Shown one piece after another: positions 18,822 through 29,660 of a stretch of DNA of 64,000 bases. The translations under genes and the position numbers were made by a program. The number at the start of each line of letters is the position of its first letter. The stretch's first letter is position 1. The stretch covers positions 224,001 to 288,000 of the forward strand of contig JBDRWW010000002.1 of the NCBI GenBank assembly GCA_039802605.1, written 5' to 3'. This DNA is from a candidate division WOR-3 bacterium (GTDB taxonomy: Bacteria; Hydrothermota; Hydrothermia; LBFQ01). Under the pieces are notes generated by a model. It had not been told where the DNA came from and searched no databases. It saw only the letters and a list, made by a program, of their open reading frames with translations.

Positions 18822-19544
18822 TTAGAATAAACCCTCACAAAATTTTAAAATATCCTGCCAAGAGGAGTGAAAAACTCTAAATACCTTTGTGGTTTTTAGC
18901 AGTTTGGCCATTGTATTTAAAACTTTGGGCGTTATAATATCCGGATTTAAGGCGTTTTCCGTAAAATATAAAAGCACTTCATAAGGTTCAACTTCGCGTA
19001 TTTCTGTACTCCTACCTTCGGAGAACTTTATAAGGAATATTGCATATATTTCGGAAGGGGCACCGATTTTATGAACCTTTAAGCTTTTTGTAATGGGTGG
19101 TGTGGGGAAAACCTTTAAACCGTTCAAAGATAGCATTACCATATCTTCACCCAAGTATCCCCAAGAATTTTCACAGAATCCCGAAACCGCCGTTGTTTTA
19201 CCGGATGCATGCCCCCCGAGAAAAAGGACGGCCTTTCCATCCCTTTCAACCGCCCCACCGTGTAAAACCAAAAACCCTTTAACCTTAGGTGCAAAAATGT
19301 TCCTCAAAGCCCTTCCCAAAAAAGCCGTAGTCAGATAAACATCGTCGTCCTCCTTTATCTCAATTATGCCCCTGTTTATGAACAAAATGTTCCTGTCTCC
19401 CGGAATGGCGCACAAATCCCATTCCCTTTGATAATTTTGGTAATACCTTGAAATCCCTTCAAGGATATTAAAGTTTTTAACCAAGGGCTTGGGAGCTCTA
19501 ACCCTTAAAAGGTTTTCGTAGATATTCAAAACGATTCTATTCAA
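18822..19544 (-). CDS. HPr-kinase-related P-loop protein
   Basis: LVLHGGAVERDGKAVLFLGGHASGKTT...YLGEDMV. Confidence 0.75.
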   Translation of the reverse strand: MNRIVLNIYENLLRVRAPKPLVKNFNILEGISRYYQNYQREWDLCAIPGDRNILFINRGIIEIKEDDDVYLTTAFLGRALRNIFAPKVKGFLVLHGGAVERDGKAVLFLGGHASGKTTAVSGFCENSWGYLGEDMVMLSLNGLKVFPTPPITKSLKVHKIGAPSEIYAIFLIKFSEGRSTEIREVEPYEVLLYFTENALNPDIITPKVLNTMAKLLKTTKVFRVFHSSWQDILKFCEGLF

Positions 19545-19905
19545 GGAAGGAAAGTTTTATAACTATCTCGTTCTTATTCACTATTTCCCCCTCGTTTTTA
19601 AAAATATCCTCAACTATTGCATCCTTTGGGGCGCTCAATATGATTTCCATTTTCATGGCCTCAATCACCGCCAACGCTTGATCCTTTTTCACCTCTTGCC
19701 CCTTTTTAACCTTTAAAGAGACCAACCTACCCGTCATTGGTGCCTTTATCTCATCCTCAACATATTCTTCCATATCCCCCGAAACCTTTAAATCCTTGCG
19801 AATACTATACACCCTACCCTTGTAAAAGACCTCATACCCACCCTTAACCTTAACAAAGTAAAATTTATGCCCGTTATGGATAAACCACCTACCTATCCTT
19901 TTCAT
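19537..19905 (-). CDS. Biotin carboxyl carrier protein
   Basis: APMTG...EAMKME biotinylation motif. Confidence 0.92.
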   Translation of the reverse strand: MKRIGRWFIHNGHKFYFVKVKGGYEVFYKGRVYSIRKDLKVSGDMEEYVEDEIKAPMTGRLVSLKVKKGQEVKKDQALAVIEAMKMEIILSAPKDAIVEDIFKNEGEIVNKNEIVIKLSFLE

Positions 19906-20695
19906 CGCTAGTCATCATATGGTTCATCTGGGCGTCAAGGTTATCAACGAGATGAACTAGTAATGCTTCAAGGGTTTTGGGATATACGGGCGAACCCTTT
20001 GAATACTCCCCGTGATGAGCCAAGATTATATGTACAACCTCATCAATTACATTTCTGGGTATACCAAATTCCTTGCCCTTATCCCTTATATATGTGGCCG
20101 CCAAAAATATATGCCCAAACTTTATATAATACCTGTCGTGTTCAAATTTGGGCATAATGTTGAATTCCCAAACCTTTCCCAAATCGTGAAAGAGCGCCCC
20201 AAGTAATGCTATATCCGTGTTTAAATTGTAGAACTTTGAAAGGTTATAGACTATTTCGCCAACATTTGCGGTGTGTTGTAATAAACCCCCTATGTACGCA
20301 TGGTGGTATTTCTTTGCGGCTACCCCTTTTTTAAACATATCCCACAGGGGTTCAAAAACCGTCTTAACAAAGTCCCTTAACCTGGCGTCCTCAATTTTTT
20401 CAACCAAAGCCCAAAACCTCTTTTCATCCTCCTCTATTGTTGGGGATACGGGTAGAAAATCTTCTGGTTTTGGATTCTCAATTTTCTCAAACCCCTCAAC
20501 AAAAACCACCCCTCCTTTATAAACCCCCCTTATTCTGTAAGCGCATCCCTCTTCCAAATCATTAACGCTTTCAACCCAGATTTCACCCGTTTTATCAAAA
20601 ACCTTATACCTTATCTCGTCCTTCTTGGATAAAACCATAACCTTTAAATCAACACTTTCCCCATCCTTCAAGTTCTTGATTTCCGATATTTTCAT
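19889..20695 (-). CDS. yhaM: YhaM/CBF1-like 3'-5' exoribonuclease (OB + HD domain)
   Basis: DKTGEI OB fold; HHAYIGGLLQH, HDLGK, ILAHHG, DNLDA. Confidence 0.8.
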   Translation of the reverse strand: MKISEIKNLKDGESVDLKVMVLSKKDEIRYKVFDKTGEIWVESVNDLEEGCAYRIRGVYKGGVVFVEGFEKIENPKPEDFLPVSPTIEEDEKRFWALVEKIEDARLRDFVKTVFEPLWDMFKKGVAAKKYHHAYIGGLLQHTANVGEIVYNLSKFYNLNTDIALLGALFHDLGKVWEFNIMPKFEHDRYYIKFGHIFLAATYIRDKGKEFGIPRNVIDEVVHIILAHHGEYSKGSPVYPKTLEALLVHLVDNLDAQMNHMMTSDEKDR

Positions 20696-20724
20696 AAAGT
20701 CGGGTATTATAAAACGGATAAATT

Positions 20725-21471
20725 TTACCTTATACCCAAATTCCCCTTTGTGATTTTAAACCTTTCGTTCCTTCTCCTCCCCGATATGTCGTACATAACC
20801 CCTTTTGTTTTCCTTAAACGCTTTGCCGATTCCGAAACTCCTATTAAAATTATTTCCTTGCCAGTACCCACTGGGTATGAAATCGTATAACTTGAAGAAC
20901 CGTAATAAACCGTTTGGTATGTGCTATCCCAAATCTCCTTTGTTATTCCAAAAAATGGTTTGTAATAAAATCTGCGGACTTCAACGAACATTATGGAATC
21001 CGGGGAGAAGGCTGAGGTAAAGATTATTAAGTATTTCGGCCTTAAAGAAACCCTAACATTTCCCGTTATAGTTGATACGGTATCGTTTAGAGATTCAACA
21101 CCGGCCAAAGAAGGACTATATATAATGGTGTCCGCCATACCGTCCATATCCGTATCTATAAAGGGGATTTTCGTATTTAAGGGTAAAAGGCAGTCGTTCC
21201 AAGCCTCCCAAGTATCGCCAACGGAAGGGTTGTACCTGGCAAACCTGTAAAAGGGGTTATGGAAGTGATTGTTCCCATACCAAATAAATGTTGAGTCCAA
21301 AAGCGTGTCCCTCTTAATATAAATCTTTGCAATCTTGCCGTATATATCCGTACACGAGCCGTACAATGGTAAATTATATGTTGCCGCAACGCTATCCCTT
21401 TCGTTGTTTCCCCAAGGTATTACCCTATAATCCCAAAAATTGCCTACGCTTAAACCCAAGTAGGATAACAT
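20725..21471 (-). CDS. Hypothetical exported protein with a degenerate T9SS-like CTD
   Basis: L.VGNFWDY start; DTDMDGMAD Ca-binding-like motif; C-terminal GVSE...YDISGRR. Confidence 0.6.
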   Translation of the reverse strand: MLSYLGLSVGNFWDYRVIPWGNNERDSVAATYNLPLYGSCTDIYGKIAKIYIKRDTLLDSTFIWYGNNHFHNPFYRFARYNPSVGDTWEAWNDCLLPLNTKIPFIDTDMDGMADTIIYSPSLAGVESLNDTVSTITGNVRVSLRPKYLIIFTSAFSPDSIMFVEVRRFYYKPFFGITKEIWDSTYQTVYYGSSSYTISYPVGTGKEIILIGVSESAKRLRKTKGVMYDISGRRRNERFKITKGNLGIR

Positions 21472-21507
21472 AATTAAAGAATTTTATGGGTGAAAGGTTT
21501 TAAGGAT

Positions 21508-21744
21508 TTATGCCATACCGTCTATTAACTCCGCAAGTTTCCTGTCCTTATCGGTTATTTTATTTCCCTCGTCATGTGTTGTCGTCCGTATTAAAACCCT
21601 GTTATATTTTATTATAATATCCGGGTGATGTCCGAGTCTTTCCGCCAAGATTCCCACCTTAACGACAAACGCCAAAGCCTCAATAAAATCCTTAAAAACA
21701 AACTCCCTTTCAAGAAAATTTTCCCTCTCCAACCACATATTCAT
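21508..21744 (-). CDS. phhB: Pterin-4-alpha-carbinolamine dehydratase
   Basis: LEREFVFKDF..A..F...AE..GHHPDI...TTHD...ITDKD; ATGA-coupled start at 21744. Confidence 0.88.
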   Translation of the reverse strand: MNMWLERENFLEREFVFKDFIEALAFVVKVGILAERLGHHPDIIIKYNRVLIRTTTHDEGNKITDKDRKLAELIDGMA

Positions 21745-22481
21745 TTCCTTATTAAAAAGATATAACCATAAACCGCGAGAATCATAAGGATGCTCAACAC
21801 CCCAACCAGTTTTACCAGCCTCCAAACAACAACCTCATACCTCTTGTTTGCAGAATCATATTCAAAGCAGTATAAGAGAAATTGATATACGAGCTTGTTT
21901 TCCCCTATATTTCCCTTTGAAGCCTCTAAAAGGGATAACCTTACATCCATAGGGTTTATCTCACCCAGATCGTAAATAACTCCGGATGTTTTTCCGTCTG
22001 GGGTTAGCGTGAATATTGCAACCGGATGGGAATACAAGCCGTTTTTTAACATCTTGTATTTATATCCCAACTTTTGGGAGAGTTTTAGGATGTTTAAAGA
22101 ATCCCCTACCGAAAAAATGGCGGCATCTTTGAAGAAGAATTCATAAGTTTTAAACTTTTCAGAAGCATCCTTAACCGTATTTCTGTGGTTGAAGGAATAT
22201 ACGAGAACCCTGTAATCCCTCCCCGGCTTCAAATCCTTTATCTTTGTCAAGGCCTCATATGTTTTTAAAAGCACAGTGGAGCATACTACGGGACAATCGT
22301 AATACATCGGCACGATTAAAACCGGCCTTTTACCATCAAAAATTTCGGCAATATTGAACCTCCTACCGTTTTGATCCGTAAGGAAAACATCATCCACTTT
22401 AACCCCACCTTTAAAATCAACCCCCACGCCCTTAATATCGTTGGGAACATATGTACTAAATTCTGCGATAAAAATTATCAT
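21741..22481 (-). CDS. SCO/SenC-family cytochrome oxidase assembly protein
   Basis: YYDCPVVC (CxxxC), YSHP, LYCFEYD and C-terminal TM; in cox operon. Confidence 0.87.
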   Translation of the reverse strand: MIIFIAEFSTYVPNDIKGVGVDFKGGVKVDDVFLTDQNGRRFNIAEIFDGKRPVLIVPMYYDCPVVCSTVLLKTYEALTKIKDLKPGRDYRVLVYSFNHRNTVKDASEKFKTYEFFFKDAAIFSVGDSLNILKLSQKLGYKYKMLKNGLYSHPVAIFTLTPDGKTSGVIYDLGEINPMDVRLSLLEASKGNIGENKLVYQFLLYCFEYDSANKRYEVVVWRLVKLVGVLSILMILAVYGYIFLIRK

Positions 22482-22789
22482 CGCATACCAAAATACCCCG
22501 CCCTTGTTAGGACATCAATTATGGGTAATGCCAAGAGGATTAACAGAAGTAAAAGGGGTATTGTTATCATAAACCACAGCAGCTTACTCTCGTATTTTAA
22601 ATGCATAAAGAACAATGCCACCAATGACGCCTTTACGGATGCTATTGAAAGGGCTATTATGGTGTTCGTAATTTTACCCAAGTCTATCCCCGCCGCCCAA
22701 ACGGTTATAAAGGTTAGAATGTAAAGGGCTATTGCAACCGCAAGATATACGGGCGGCGTAACTATGTGTTCCTTATGATTATCTTTCAT
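22478..22789 (-). CDS. ctaF: Cytochrome c oxidase subunit IV
   Basis: IASVKASLVALFFMHLKYE; SD GGAGG before ATG 22789. Confidence 0.88.
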   Translation of the reverse strand: MKDNHKEHIVTPPVYLAVAIALYILTFITVWAAGIDLGKITNTIIALSIASVKASLVALFFMHLKYESKLLWFMITIPLLLLLILLALPIIDVLTRAGYFGMR

Positions 22790-22800
22790 CCCCCACCTCC

Positions 22801-23439
22801 TTATTTTATCAAATAGAAAAGCGGGAAAAGGTATATCCATATTAAATCCACGAGGTGCCAGTAAAGACCGGAAACTTCAACGGGTCCGTAATATTCGGAT
22901 GAAAACTTCCCCCTTAAAGCCATAATGAGTATCCCAGTAAGGACCAACACACCCACCAACACATGCAATCCGTGTAATCCCGTAAGCATAAAGTATAGGG
23001 AGAAGAATAAGGCTTGACCCTTATGCCCCTCTTGTATGAAATGGTTGAACTCTTTACCTCCGGGGTATAAGCCCTCGTGAAACTTGACGGGCCATTCAAC
23101 CGTCAATTTCACAACCAAGAATGCTACTCCCAAAAGTATTGTCAATAAAAGGAAGAGGTTTAACAGATTCTTCCTGTTGGTTTGGGCGCTCCAAACACCC
23201 ATAGCCATTGTAAAGGAACTCGTTATAAGTACAATGGTATTGATAAAACCTATTGTCCTGTTGAGGTGGTGGTGCGCTATTTCAAAATCCTTGGCATATA
23301 CGGAATGGAAAACGGCATACGCGGCAAACAGGCCACCGAACAGTAATAACTCCGTGAACAGGAAAAGCCACATCCCCATTTTTGCCCCTTCAAGGCCGGC
23401 ATGCCTTTCTTCATGATGTTTTTCAAGGGTTGCCTCCAT
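22801..23439 (-). CDS. ctaE: Cytochrome c oxidase subunit III
   Basis: GMWLFLFTE, NTIVLITSS, TGLHGLHV, YWHLVD. Confidence 0.95.
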   Translation of the reverse strand: MEATLEKHHEERHAGLEGAKMGMWLFLFTELLLFGGLFAAYAVFHSVYAKDFEIAHHHLNRTIGFINTIVLITSSFTMAMGVWSAQTNRKNLLNLFLLLTILLGVAFLVVKLTVEWPVKFHEGLYPGGKEFNHFIQEGHKGQALFFSLYFMLTGLHGLHVLVGVLVLTGILIMALRGKFSSEYYGPVEVSGLYWHLVDLIWIYLFPLFYLIK

Positions 23440-23450
23440 ACCTAACCTCC

Positions 23451-25049
23451 TTAGTGTTTTACGAAATCGTAAGGACCCTCTTTAACCACGGGTATTTTTT
23501 CAAAGTTTTCCGTTGGAGGGGGTGAGGGTATTGTCCATTCAAGGGATTTACCACCCCAAGGGTTATCCGGAGCCTTCTTACCCTTCCATATGGCAAAGAG
23601 AAATACGCCGAGGGATATCAATATTCCCGCCGCTATGAAGTAAGAACCTATGGTTGATGTGAAGTGCAAAGGTTGAAATTCTACGGGGTAATCCCAATAC
23701 CTTCTAGGCATACCCCGAATGCCCAAGATAAATTGCGGGAAGAAAGTTAAGTTAAACCCTATGAAATTGAGCAGCCAACCCACCTTCGCCCACTTTTCGT
23801 TATACATCTTTCCAAACATTTTTGGAGTCCAGTGGAAGAGCGCCCCGAAAAAGGCGAAAACCGCCGCGCCAACCATAACGTAGTGAAAGTGCCCAACCAC
23901 AAAATATGTGTCATGCAGGTGTATATCCGTTCCGAGGTTTGCCAAAAATAAACCCGTTAAACCACCTATTAAGAATAGGGATATAAATCCTAAGGCGTAA
24001 AGCATGGGGGTTGTGAAAGAAATTTTACCTTTATACAATGTAGCCGTCCAGTTGAATATCTTTACGGCCGTGGGAACGGCAACAAAATATGTTAAAAATG
24101 AGAAAATTATATCCGCAACCGGGGACATACCCGCAACGAACATGTGGTGCCCCCAAACCAAAAATCCTATAAAGGCTATTGCAAGGGAAGATGCCGCTAT
24201 AAACCAATACCCAAATATGGGCTTCCTGCTATGGACGGATACCAATTCCGAGATAACCCCGAAAGCGGGCAGTATCATTATATAAACGGCCGGGTGGGAA
24301 TAAAACCAGAATAAGTGTTGGAACAAAACCGGATCACCACCCTTCGCAGGATTAAAGAAACCTATACCCAAAATGTTCTCCATGCCCAAGAGTAATAGGG
24401 TTATACCCAAAACGGGTGTGGCTAGCAACTGCACTAAACTTGTGGCATACAATGCCCATACGAACAAAGGTAATTTACCCCATGTTAATCCGGGTGCCCT
24501 TAATTTATGAATCGTAACTATGAAGTTCATACCCGTTAAAATGGAGGACATTCCGAGTGTGAAAATGGCTAAGGAAACGATAAAAACATTAAGTCCCTTG
24601 TTTGCGCTGTAAGGTGTGTAAAATGTCCAACCCGTATCTATTGGTCCAAATAGAAGGGAAGCCAAAAGCATCAAAGCGCCCAAAACGAAGATCCAATAGC
24701 TCAGAAGGTTTATCCTCGGGAACGCAACATCCCTTGCACCGATCATTATGGGTAAAAAGAAGTTTCCCAAACCCGATGGTATTATGGGAATTATCACCAA
24801 AAAGATTAAAATTGCACCGTGTAGGGTGAAGAGTATGTTGTGGGCTTCCGGTGATAAAAATTGCTTTCCGGGAAAGAGTAATTCGGTTCTGAATATTATT
24901 GCAAACAGTCCTCCAACGAGTAGGAATATGAGGCTTGTGAACATATACATTAGGCCTATTCTCTTGTGATCCAGGGTAAAAAGCCACGATTTTAAACCCT
25001 TTGCATCCAAATAGCTATTATGCCTTTCAACCGCTTCCCTTACTTCCAT
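23451..25049 (-). CDS. ctaD: Cytochrome c oxidase subunit I (type A2)
   Basis: [22 protein letters not shown] (YS motif = A2), [22 protein letters not shown]. Confidence 0.97.
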   Translation of the reverse strand: MEVREAVERHNSYLDAKGLKSWLFTLDHKRIGLMYMFTSLIFLLVGGLFAIIFRTELLFPGKQFLSPEAHNILFTLHGAILIFLVIIPIIPSGLGNFFLPIMIGARDVAFPRINLLSYWIFVLGALMLLASLLFGPIDTGWTFYTPYSANKGLNVFIVSLAIFTLGMSSILTGMNFIVTIHKLRAPGLTWGKLPLFVWALYATSLVQLLATPVLGITLLLLGMENILGIGFFNPAKGGDPVLFQHLFWFYSHPAVYIMILPAFGVISELVSVHSRKPIFGYWFIAASSLAIAFIGFLVWGHHMFVAGMSPVADIIFSFLTYFVAVPTAVKIFNWTATLYKGKISFTTPMLYALGFISLFLIGGLTGLFLANLGTDIHLHDTYFVVGHFHYVMVGAAVFAFFGALFHWTPKMFGKMYNEKWAKVGWLLNFIGFNLTFFPQFILGIRGMPRRYWDYPVEFQPLHFTSTIGSYFIAAGILISLGVFLFAIWKGKKAPDNPWGGKSLEWTIPSPPPTENFEKIPVVKEGPYDFVKH

Positions 25050-25061
25050 TTTTCACCTCCT

Positions 25062-26150
25062 TTATTTAAGCGTTTTTATAAACTCAACAATGTCCGAAAT
25101 TTGTTCCTCGGTCAATTGCCCCTGAAATGAGGGCATAACCGCCTGATAACCCTTAACTATTTTAGCCTTGGGTTCAAGGATGGATTCCCTTATGTAATTC
25201 TCGTCGGCAACAACCCTTTTTCCATCGGATAACTCCACATCACGGCCGAATAAACCCTTCCAAGTTGGACCTATACCCGGAGAACCATCAAAAGAATGGC
25301 AACTTACACAGAGTTTTTGTGATATTATTTTACCCCTTTCCGCCGGGGATAAAGAGGCTAAGAGTTTTTCCTGTGCCCCGGACCACTCGTTAAACTCCTC
25401 ATCCGAAAGGCTTAATATGGCATAAACGGAGTCTAAGGGCATGTTTGCCAAAGTGTTGTTAAACCTGTCGGCGGGTATGGACTTAAACCTTTCAAACAGT
25501 TTTGGTGGCAATGCAACCACCTTTGCCGGCATCCTTGAATGCCAAGCCCCACAATATTCCGTACAGAAAACCTCGTATTCCCCTGGTTTTTTTGCCTCAA
25601 ACCATATCTTTGTGAACCTGCCGGGAATCGCATCGTATTTTGCCCTAAACTCTGGAACATAAAAACTGTGTATAACATCTTGCGAGGTAAGGATTAACCG
25701 TACGGGTTCCCCCGCGGGTACAAAAATTACGGGTTGAAAATCCTTAGGCGTTATACCCTTATCGTCTTTTATGGTTCCCGTAATAATCTTTTTACCATCG
25801 GGATATTCCGCAGTCCAACCCCATTGCCTTGCGGTTATTCTGATTTCAAGGGAAGGCTGGTTTTCCGGCCATTTAACTTTGGCATAAGCCTTATACCCGA
25901 ACCAGAATATGACAAAAAGTAGGATTGTGGGTATAACCGTCCATACTATTTCCAAAGTGGTATTATGGCTTATGGGTGCTCCCACTCCTTCATCTCCCGG
26001 ACTTCTGCGATACTTTATTATAAAAACCAAGAGCGCTATGTTTATTATTGCAAAGAATACAAACGATAGCCAGAAGGTAATCCAAAATGCGGTATCGGTA
26101 TTTACGGCGTATGTGGATGCCCTTTCCGGCAAAAGTGTAATTATCCACAT
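25062..26150 (-). CDS. ctaC: Cytochrome c oxidase subunit II with fused cytochrome c (caa3-type)
   Basis: DVIHSF, CuA CTEYCGAWHSRM, C-terminal CVSCH...MP. Confidence 0.95.
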   Translation of the reverse strand: MWIITLLPERASTYAVNTDTAFWITFWLSFVFFAIINIALLVFIIKYRRSPGDEGVGAPISHNTTLEIVWTVIPTILLFVIFWFGYKAYAKVKWPENQPSLEIRITARQWGWTAEYPDGKKIITGTIKDDKGITPKDFQPVIFVPAGEPVRLILTSQDVIHSFYVPEFRAKYDAIPGRFTKIWFEAKKPGEYEVFCTEYCGAWHSRMPAKVVALPPKLFERFKSIPADRFNNTLANMPLDSVYAILSLSDEEFNEWSGAQEKLLASLSPAERGKIISQKLCVSCHSFDGSPGIGPTWKGLFGRDVELSDGKRVVADENYIRESILEPKAKIVKGYQAVMPSFQGQLTEEQISDIVEFIKTLK

Positions 26151-26194
26151 AGACTTGATATTATAAAGTGGTAAAGTTGCAAATGCATTGCATT

Positions 26195-27166
26195 TTAACC
26201 GAAGAAGTGTTTGGCGTTCAGAAACTCATCCACGCTAACGGTTTTTAATCTACCAACGCAGGCATGCATATCCAAAGTCATAACATCGTATCCGTTGTAC
26301 GCGGTTATATAACCGAATTTTTTGTTTTTTAAAAGCTCATAGGCGAAGTTCCCCATTGTGTGTGCCATAAGTCTATCATAGGCGGATGGGGATCCACCCC
26401 TTAAAACATAACCTATTTCAACAAACCTGGTTTCCAAGTTTAATATACTTGCGAGCTTCCTCTGTATGTGTATTCCAACATTTTGAACCTTTTGGTCGGA
26501 ATATCTAACACCTTCCGCAACCACAACTATACTAAAACTTCTCCCTATCTTCTTCCTATTTTCAATAACTTCCGCTATCTCATCAATTGTTAAAGGATAT
26601 TCGGGAATAACTATTACATCCGCACCTGCCGATATTCCGGAGTAAAGGGCTATCCATCCCGTATGCCTCCCCATAACCTGAACCACAAAAACCCTTTTGT
26701 GGGATTCCGCCGTGGAATGGAGTCTGTCTATAAGGTTTGTTGCGACATTAACGGCGGTATCAAACCCTATGCTTTCCGTTCCCCATATATCGTTATCTAT
26801 GGTTTTCGGAATAAACACAACCCTACCCCAAACCCTCTGAAAGTGGTTTGCAATGTGTAAAGAACCGTTTCCGCCTATAACGATTAAACCATCAATACCT
26901 TCAAGGTTTTCAAGGGCTTTGTTCAAAAAATCCCCATCATCCAAGGGGTTAAACCTTGATGTTCCGAGAATGGTACCCCCTTGATAAATTATCCCGCTAA
27001 CGCTTTCCCTATTCAAGTTTATAAAATCCCCAAATGTCACACCCTTCCAACCATCCCTAAAACCTATAACCTCATCCCCTTCGTTTATAGCCCTTCTAAC
27101 GATAGCCCTTATCGCCGCATTGAGTCCGGGACAATCCCCACCGGAGGTTAGAACCCCCAATCTCAT
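26195..27166 (-). CDS. pfkA: 6-phosphofructokinase (probably ATP-dependent)
   Basis: TSGGDCPGLN, GGTILGTSR, GGNGS, PKTIDND, MGR. Confidence 0.93.
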   Translation of the reverse strand: MRLGVLTSGGDCPGLNAAIRAIVRRAINEGDEVIGFRDGWKGVTFGDFINLNRESVSGIIYQGGTILGTSRFNPLDDGDFLNKALENLEGIDGLIVIGGNGSLHIANHFQRVWGRVVFIPKTIDNDIWGTESIGFDTAVNVATNLIDRLHSTAESHKRVFVVQVMGRHTGWIALYSGISAGADVIVIPEYPLTIDEIAEVIENRKKIGRSFSIVVVAEGVRYSDQKVQNVGIHIQRKLASILNLETRFVEIGYVLRGGSPSAYDRLMAHTMGNFAYELLKNKKFGYITAYNGYDVMTLDMHACVGRLKTVSVDEFLNAKHFFG

Positions 27167-28392
27167 AAATATATTTTAAAGTAAAATTCCTTTTTGGCCT
27201 CCTCAACGAGTTTTTGCAGTTCCCCATCCACCTTTTTGTTTATAACAAGGTTCCTTATTTCCTCATATGTGGGTTCTTTCCCCTCCTTCTTATCCAAAAC
27301 CTTGAAGATGTTTATTGATAAACCGTCTGGGGATTCCACTGGGCCTATGATGTCTCCAACCTTTGCCTTTTTCAAATCCTTTAAAAGATCCGGGGGTAAA
27401 ATCCTTTCATTTACCCAACCTATTTCCCCGTTGTTTTCCCTTGTTGTTGGATCTTCGGAGTACTGTTTAACCAGTTTTGAGAAATCGTATCCCGACTTTG
27501 CCATATTAACTATCCTTTCGGCCCTTTTCATAACGGTGTTTTTTGCGGATGAAGATGGTTTTACCCTTATGAGTATATGGGCCAAAAGGTACGCATCTTC
27601 TTGCTTTCCCAAAACCTTAAAGATATGATAACCCTGAGGCCCCCTCAAAGGTTTTGTTATACCCCCTTCGGGTGTTTTATCCAATTCTTGTATAAAATCG
27701 GGTGGAAAGGCGCTCTTGGGAACTATTCCTATGTTTCCACCGTTTTTGGCACTTTCCCTATCATCCGAGAACTTTTCCGCCAAATTTTCAAAACTCTCCC
27801 CTTTCCTGAGCATATTATAAATGCCTTTTGCCTTCTCGTAGTATTTTTGTTCTTCCGAAGCGGAGGGTTTAACCTGTAAGGATATCACCGCAAGTTTATA
27901 CTCGTCGGGTTCTTTTAAGGAGTCCTTGTAAATCTTGTAAAATTGCATAACCTCATCATCCCCGATTTTTATCTTGGGTTTAATTTTAAACTCCACATAC
28001 TTTTGAACATAAAGGTTCCTTTCTATCATCTTCCTGTAATAATCCCTTAGATAATCCAATGTTAAACCGGCCTCTTTTAACCTCTCTTCAAACTCCTCCC
28101 TGCTCATCTTACCCATAAGGGCCTTTATCTGCTGATCCAAAACGGAGTTTATCTCGTTATCGCTAACGCTTATGGTGGTATCCTCTTTGATTTTTAGGTA
28201 TAACAACTCCATATTTACTAGTTCGTTCAGTACATTTTTGCGAAACTCGTTTAACCTATCCGGTGTTATACCCATGGCACCGCCGTATATTAGGGTTATC
28301 TCATCAACCTCCGACATCCAAAAGGCCCTATCCCCAACTACGGCAACGATTTTGTCAAGCGTATCAAGTTGGGATAATAACATCAAAATCAT
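27163..28392 (-). CDS. surA: SurA-like periplasmic chaperone with two parvulin PPIase domains
   Basis: DKIVAVVG N-domain; FENLAEKFSDD..S..NGG.IG and FSKLVKQYSED. Confidence 0.85.
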   Translation of the reverse strand: MILMLLSQLDTLDKIVAVVGDRAFWMSEVDEITLIYGGAMGITPDRLNEFRKNVLNELVNMELLYLKIKEDTTISVSDNEINSVLDQQIKALMGKMSREEFEERLKEAGLTLDYLRDYYRKMIERNLYVQKYVEFKIKPKIKIGDDEVMQFYKIYKDSLKEPDEYKLAVISLQVKPSASEEQKYYEKAKGIYNMLRKGESFENLAEKFSDDRESAKNGGNIGIVPKSAFPPDFIQELDKTPEGGITKPLRGPQGYHIFKVLGKQEDAYLLAHILIRVKPSSSAKNTVMKRAERIVNMAKSGYDFSKLVKQYSEDPTTRENNGEIGWVNERILPPDLLKDLKKAKVGDIIGPVESPDGLSINIFKVLDKKEGKEPTYEEIRNLVINKKVDGELQKLVEEAKKEFYFKIYL

Positions 28393-29246
28393 CTTTCACC
28401 CCCTTTGTACTTGTTTAAAAGAACCGTAAAAACGGAGTCTTCCACTTGTTTCCTTCTCTGCTCCAAAAGGAACTGATAAACCGTCCCTTTAATCTGCGGA
28501 TCAAGGTCTTTTATATTAACATTCCTTATATCCACAACCTTGGCGAGCACATAGGCATTGGGACCCATAGCAAATGGACCTATAACATCGTCTTTTTTGG
28601 CGTTTTTTAAGGCTTCAAACTCCTTTTCGGATAGTGCAAACCTGCCAAGGCCAACATTTTGATAACCCGATGGTTGAACGCCTATCTTTCCGCTTTTCGC
28701 AAACTCTTCAAGCATGAGGTTTGCGGCATAACTACCGTCTTTTAAGAGTTTCTTTAAAGTATCGGTTAGTTTAACATCGCCATACGCAACGGTTAGCATG
28801 GCTATTTCCTTTGAAAACTCGTCTTTGTGGTTGTTAATAAACCTAATAACTTCGGATGTATCAACATTTATTTTGGGTAGGATATATTTTCTATAAAAGG
28901 CATCTGCCACAACACTCTTTTCCGCCCAATACCTAAGCCTTTTCACAACGCTATCCGTATCCAAACCGAGGTTTTTACCCTCATTGTAAAATAGTGCCAA
29001 TTTTAAAAGTCCCTTTTCAACATCCTCTTGCGATTGACTTAAACCGGGTACAGACTGGGCTATATCAAGATCTAAACGCGTAATATAAACATCACCCACC
29101 TTTTTATAAACATCCTCTTGGGTTTCTTCAACTCTTGCATTGGAAGTTTTACCCGTCTTTTGAAGGTATAACACCCCAAAAGCCCCCACAAAAACACCCA
29201 AAGCCAGTGAAACCAAGGAAAATGCCGCCACCAAGTACTTGTTCAT
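28389..29246 (-). CDS. Membrane-anchored PrsA/PpiC-like foldase (degenerate PPIase)
   Basis: N-terminal TM; KVGDVYIT...LFYNEG..LGLD...EF; adjacent to surA. Confidence 0.65.
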   Translation of the reverse strand: MNKYLVAAFSLVSLALGVFVGAFGVLYLQKTGKTSNARVEETQEDVYKKVGDVYITRLDLDIAQSVPGLSQSQEDVEKGLLKLALFYNEGKNLGLDTDSVVKRLRYWAEKSVVADAFYRKYILPKINVDTSEVIRFINNHKDEFSKEIAMLTVAYGDVKLTDTLKKLLKDGSYAANLMLEEFAKSGKIGVQPSGYQNVGLGRFALSEKEFEALKNAKKDDVIGPFAMGPNAYVLAKVVDIRNVNIKDLDPQIKGTVYQFLLEQRRKQVEDSVFTVLLNKYKGGER

Positions 29247-29339
29247 AAACCGTTAATACTAAGGGTGAAAACTTTAAATTTTTATTACCCCGATAACATT
29301 TGCAAGTTTTAAAAATTTCCACCTTATAATGCTTGAACT

Positions 29340-29660
29340 ATGACGGCAAAAGATATAAAGGATAAGGCAATATTGGTTCTAATATTAAACCTAATACTCC
29401 CGGGTTTGGGGCACATTATAGCAAAGGAAGAGATAGCGGAAGCCCTTAAAAGGACTGGGAAAAATCCCAACGCGGATGCAAACGATATACAGAGAAATGG
29501 TATAATCCAACTAAGTCTTCTCGCTGTAGGATTTATCACTTGTGGTTTAACATCAGTGGTGGCATGGGTTTGGTCCTTCATAATAGATACCTTGGTTAAT
29601 TACTACCCGGCTATGAGTTCCGTAAAAGATGAAAATGTTGGGCCAATATCCGGAGGGTAA
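29340..29660 (+). CDS. Small membrane protein (TM2-like)
   Basis: LNLILPGLGHI motif and two hydrophobic segments. Confidence 0.6.
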   Translation: MTAKDIKDKAILVLILNLILPGLGHIIAKEEIAEALKRTGKNPNADANDIQRNGIIQLSLLAVGFITCGLTSVVAWVWSFIIDTLVNYYPAMSSVKDENVGPISGG

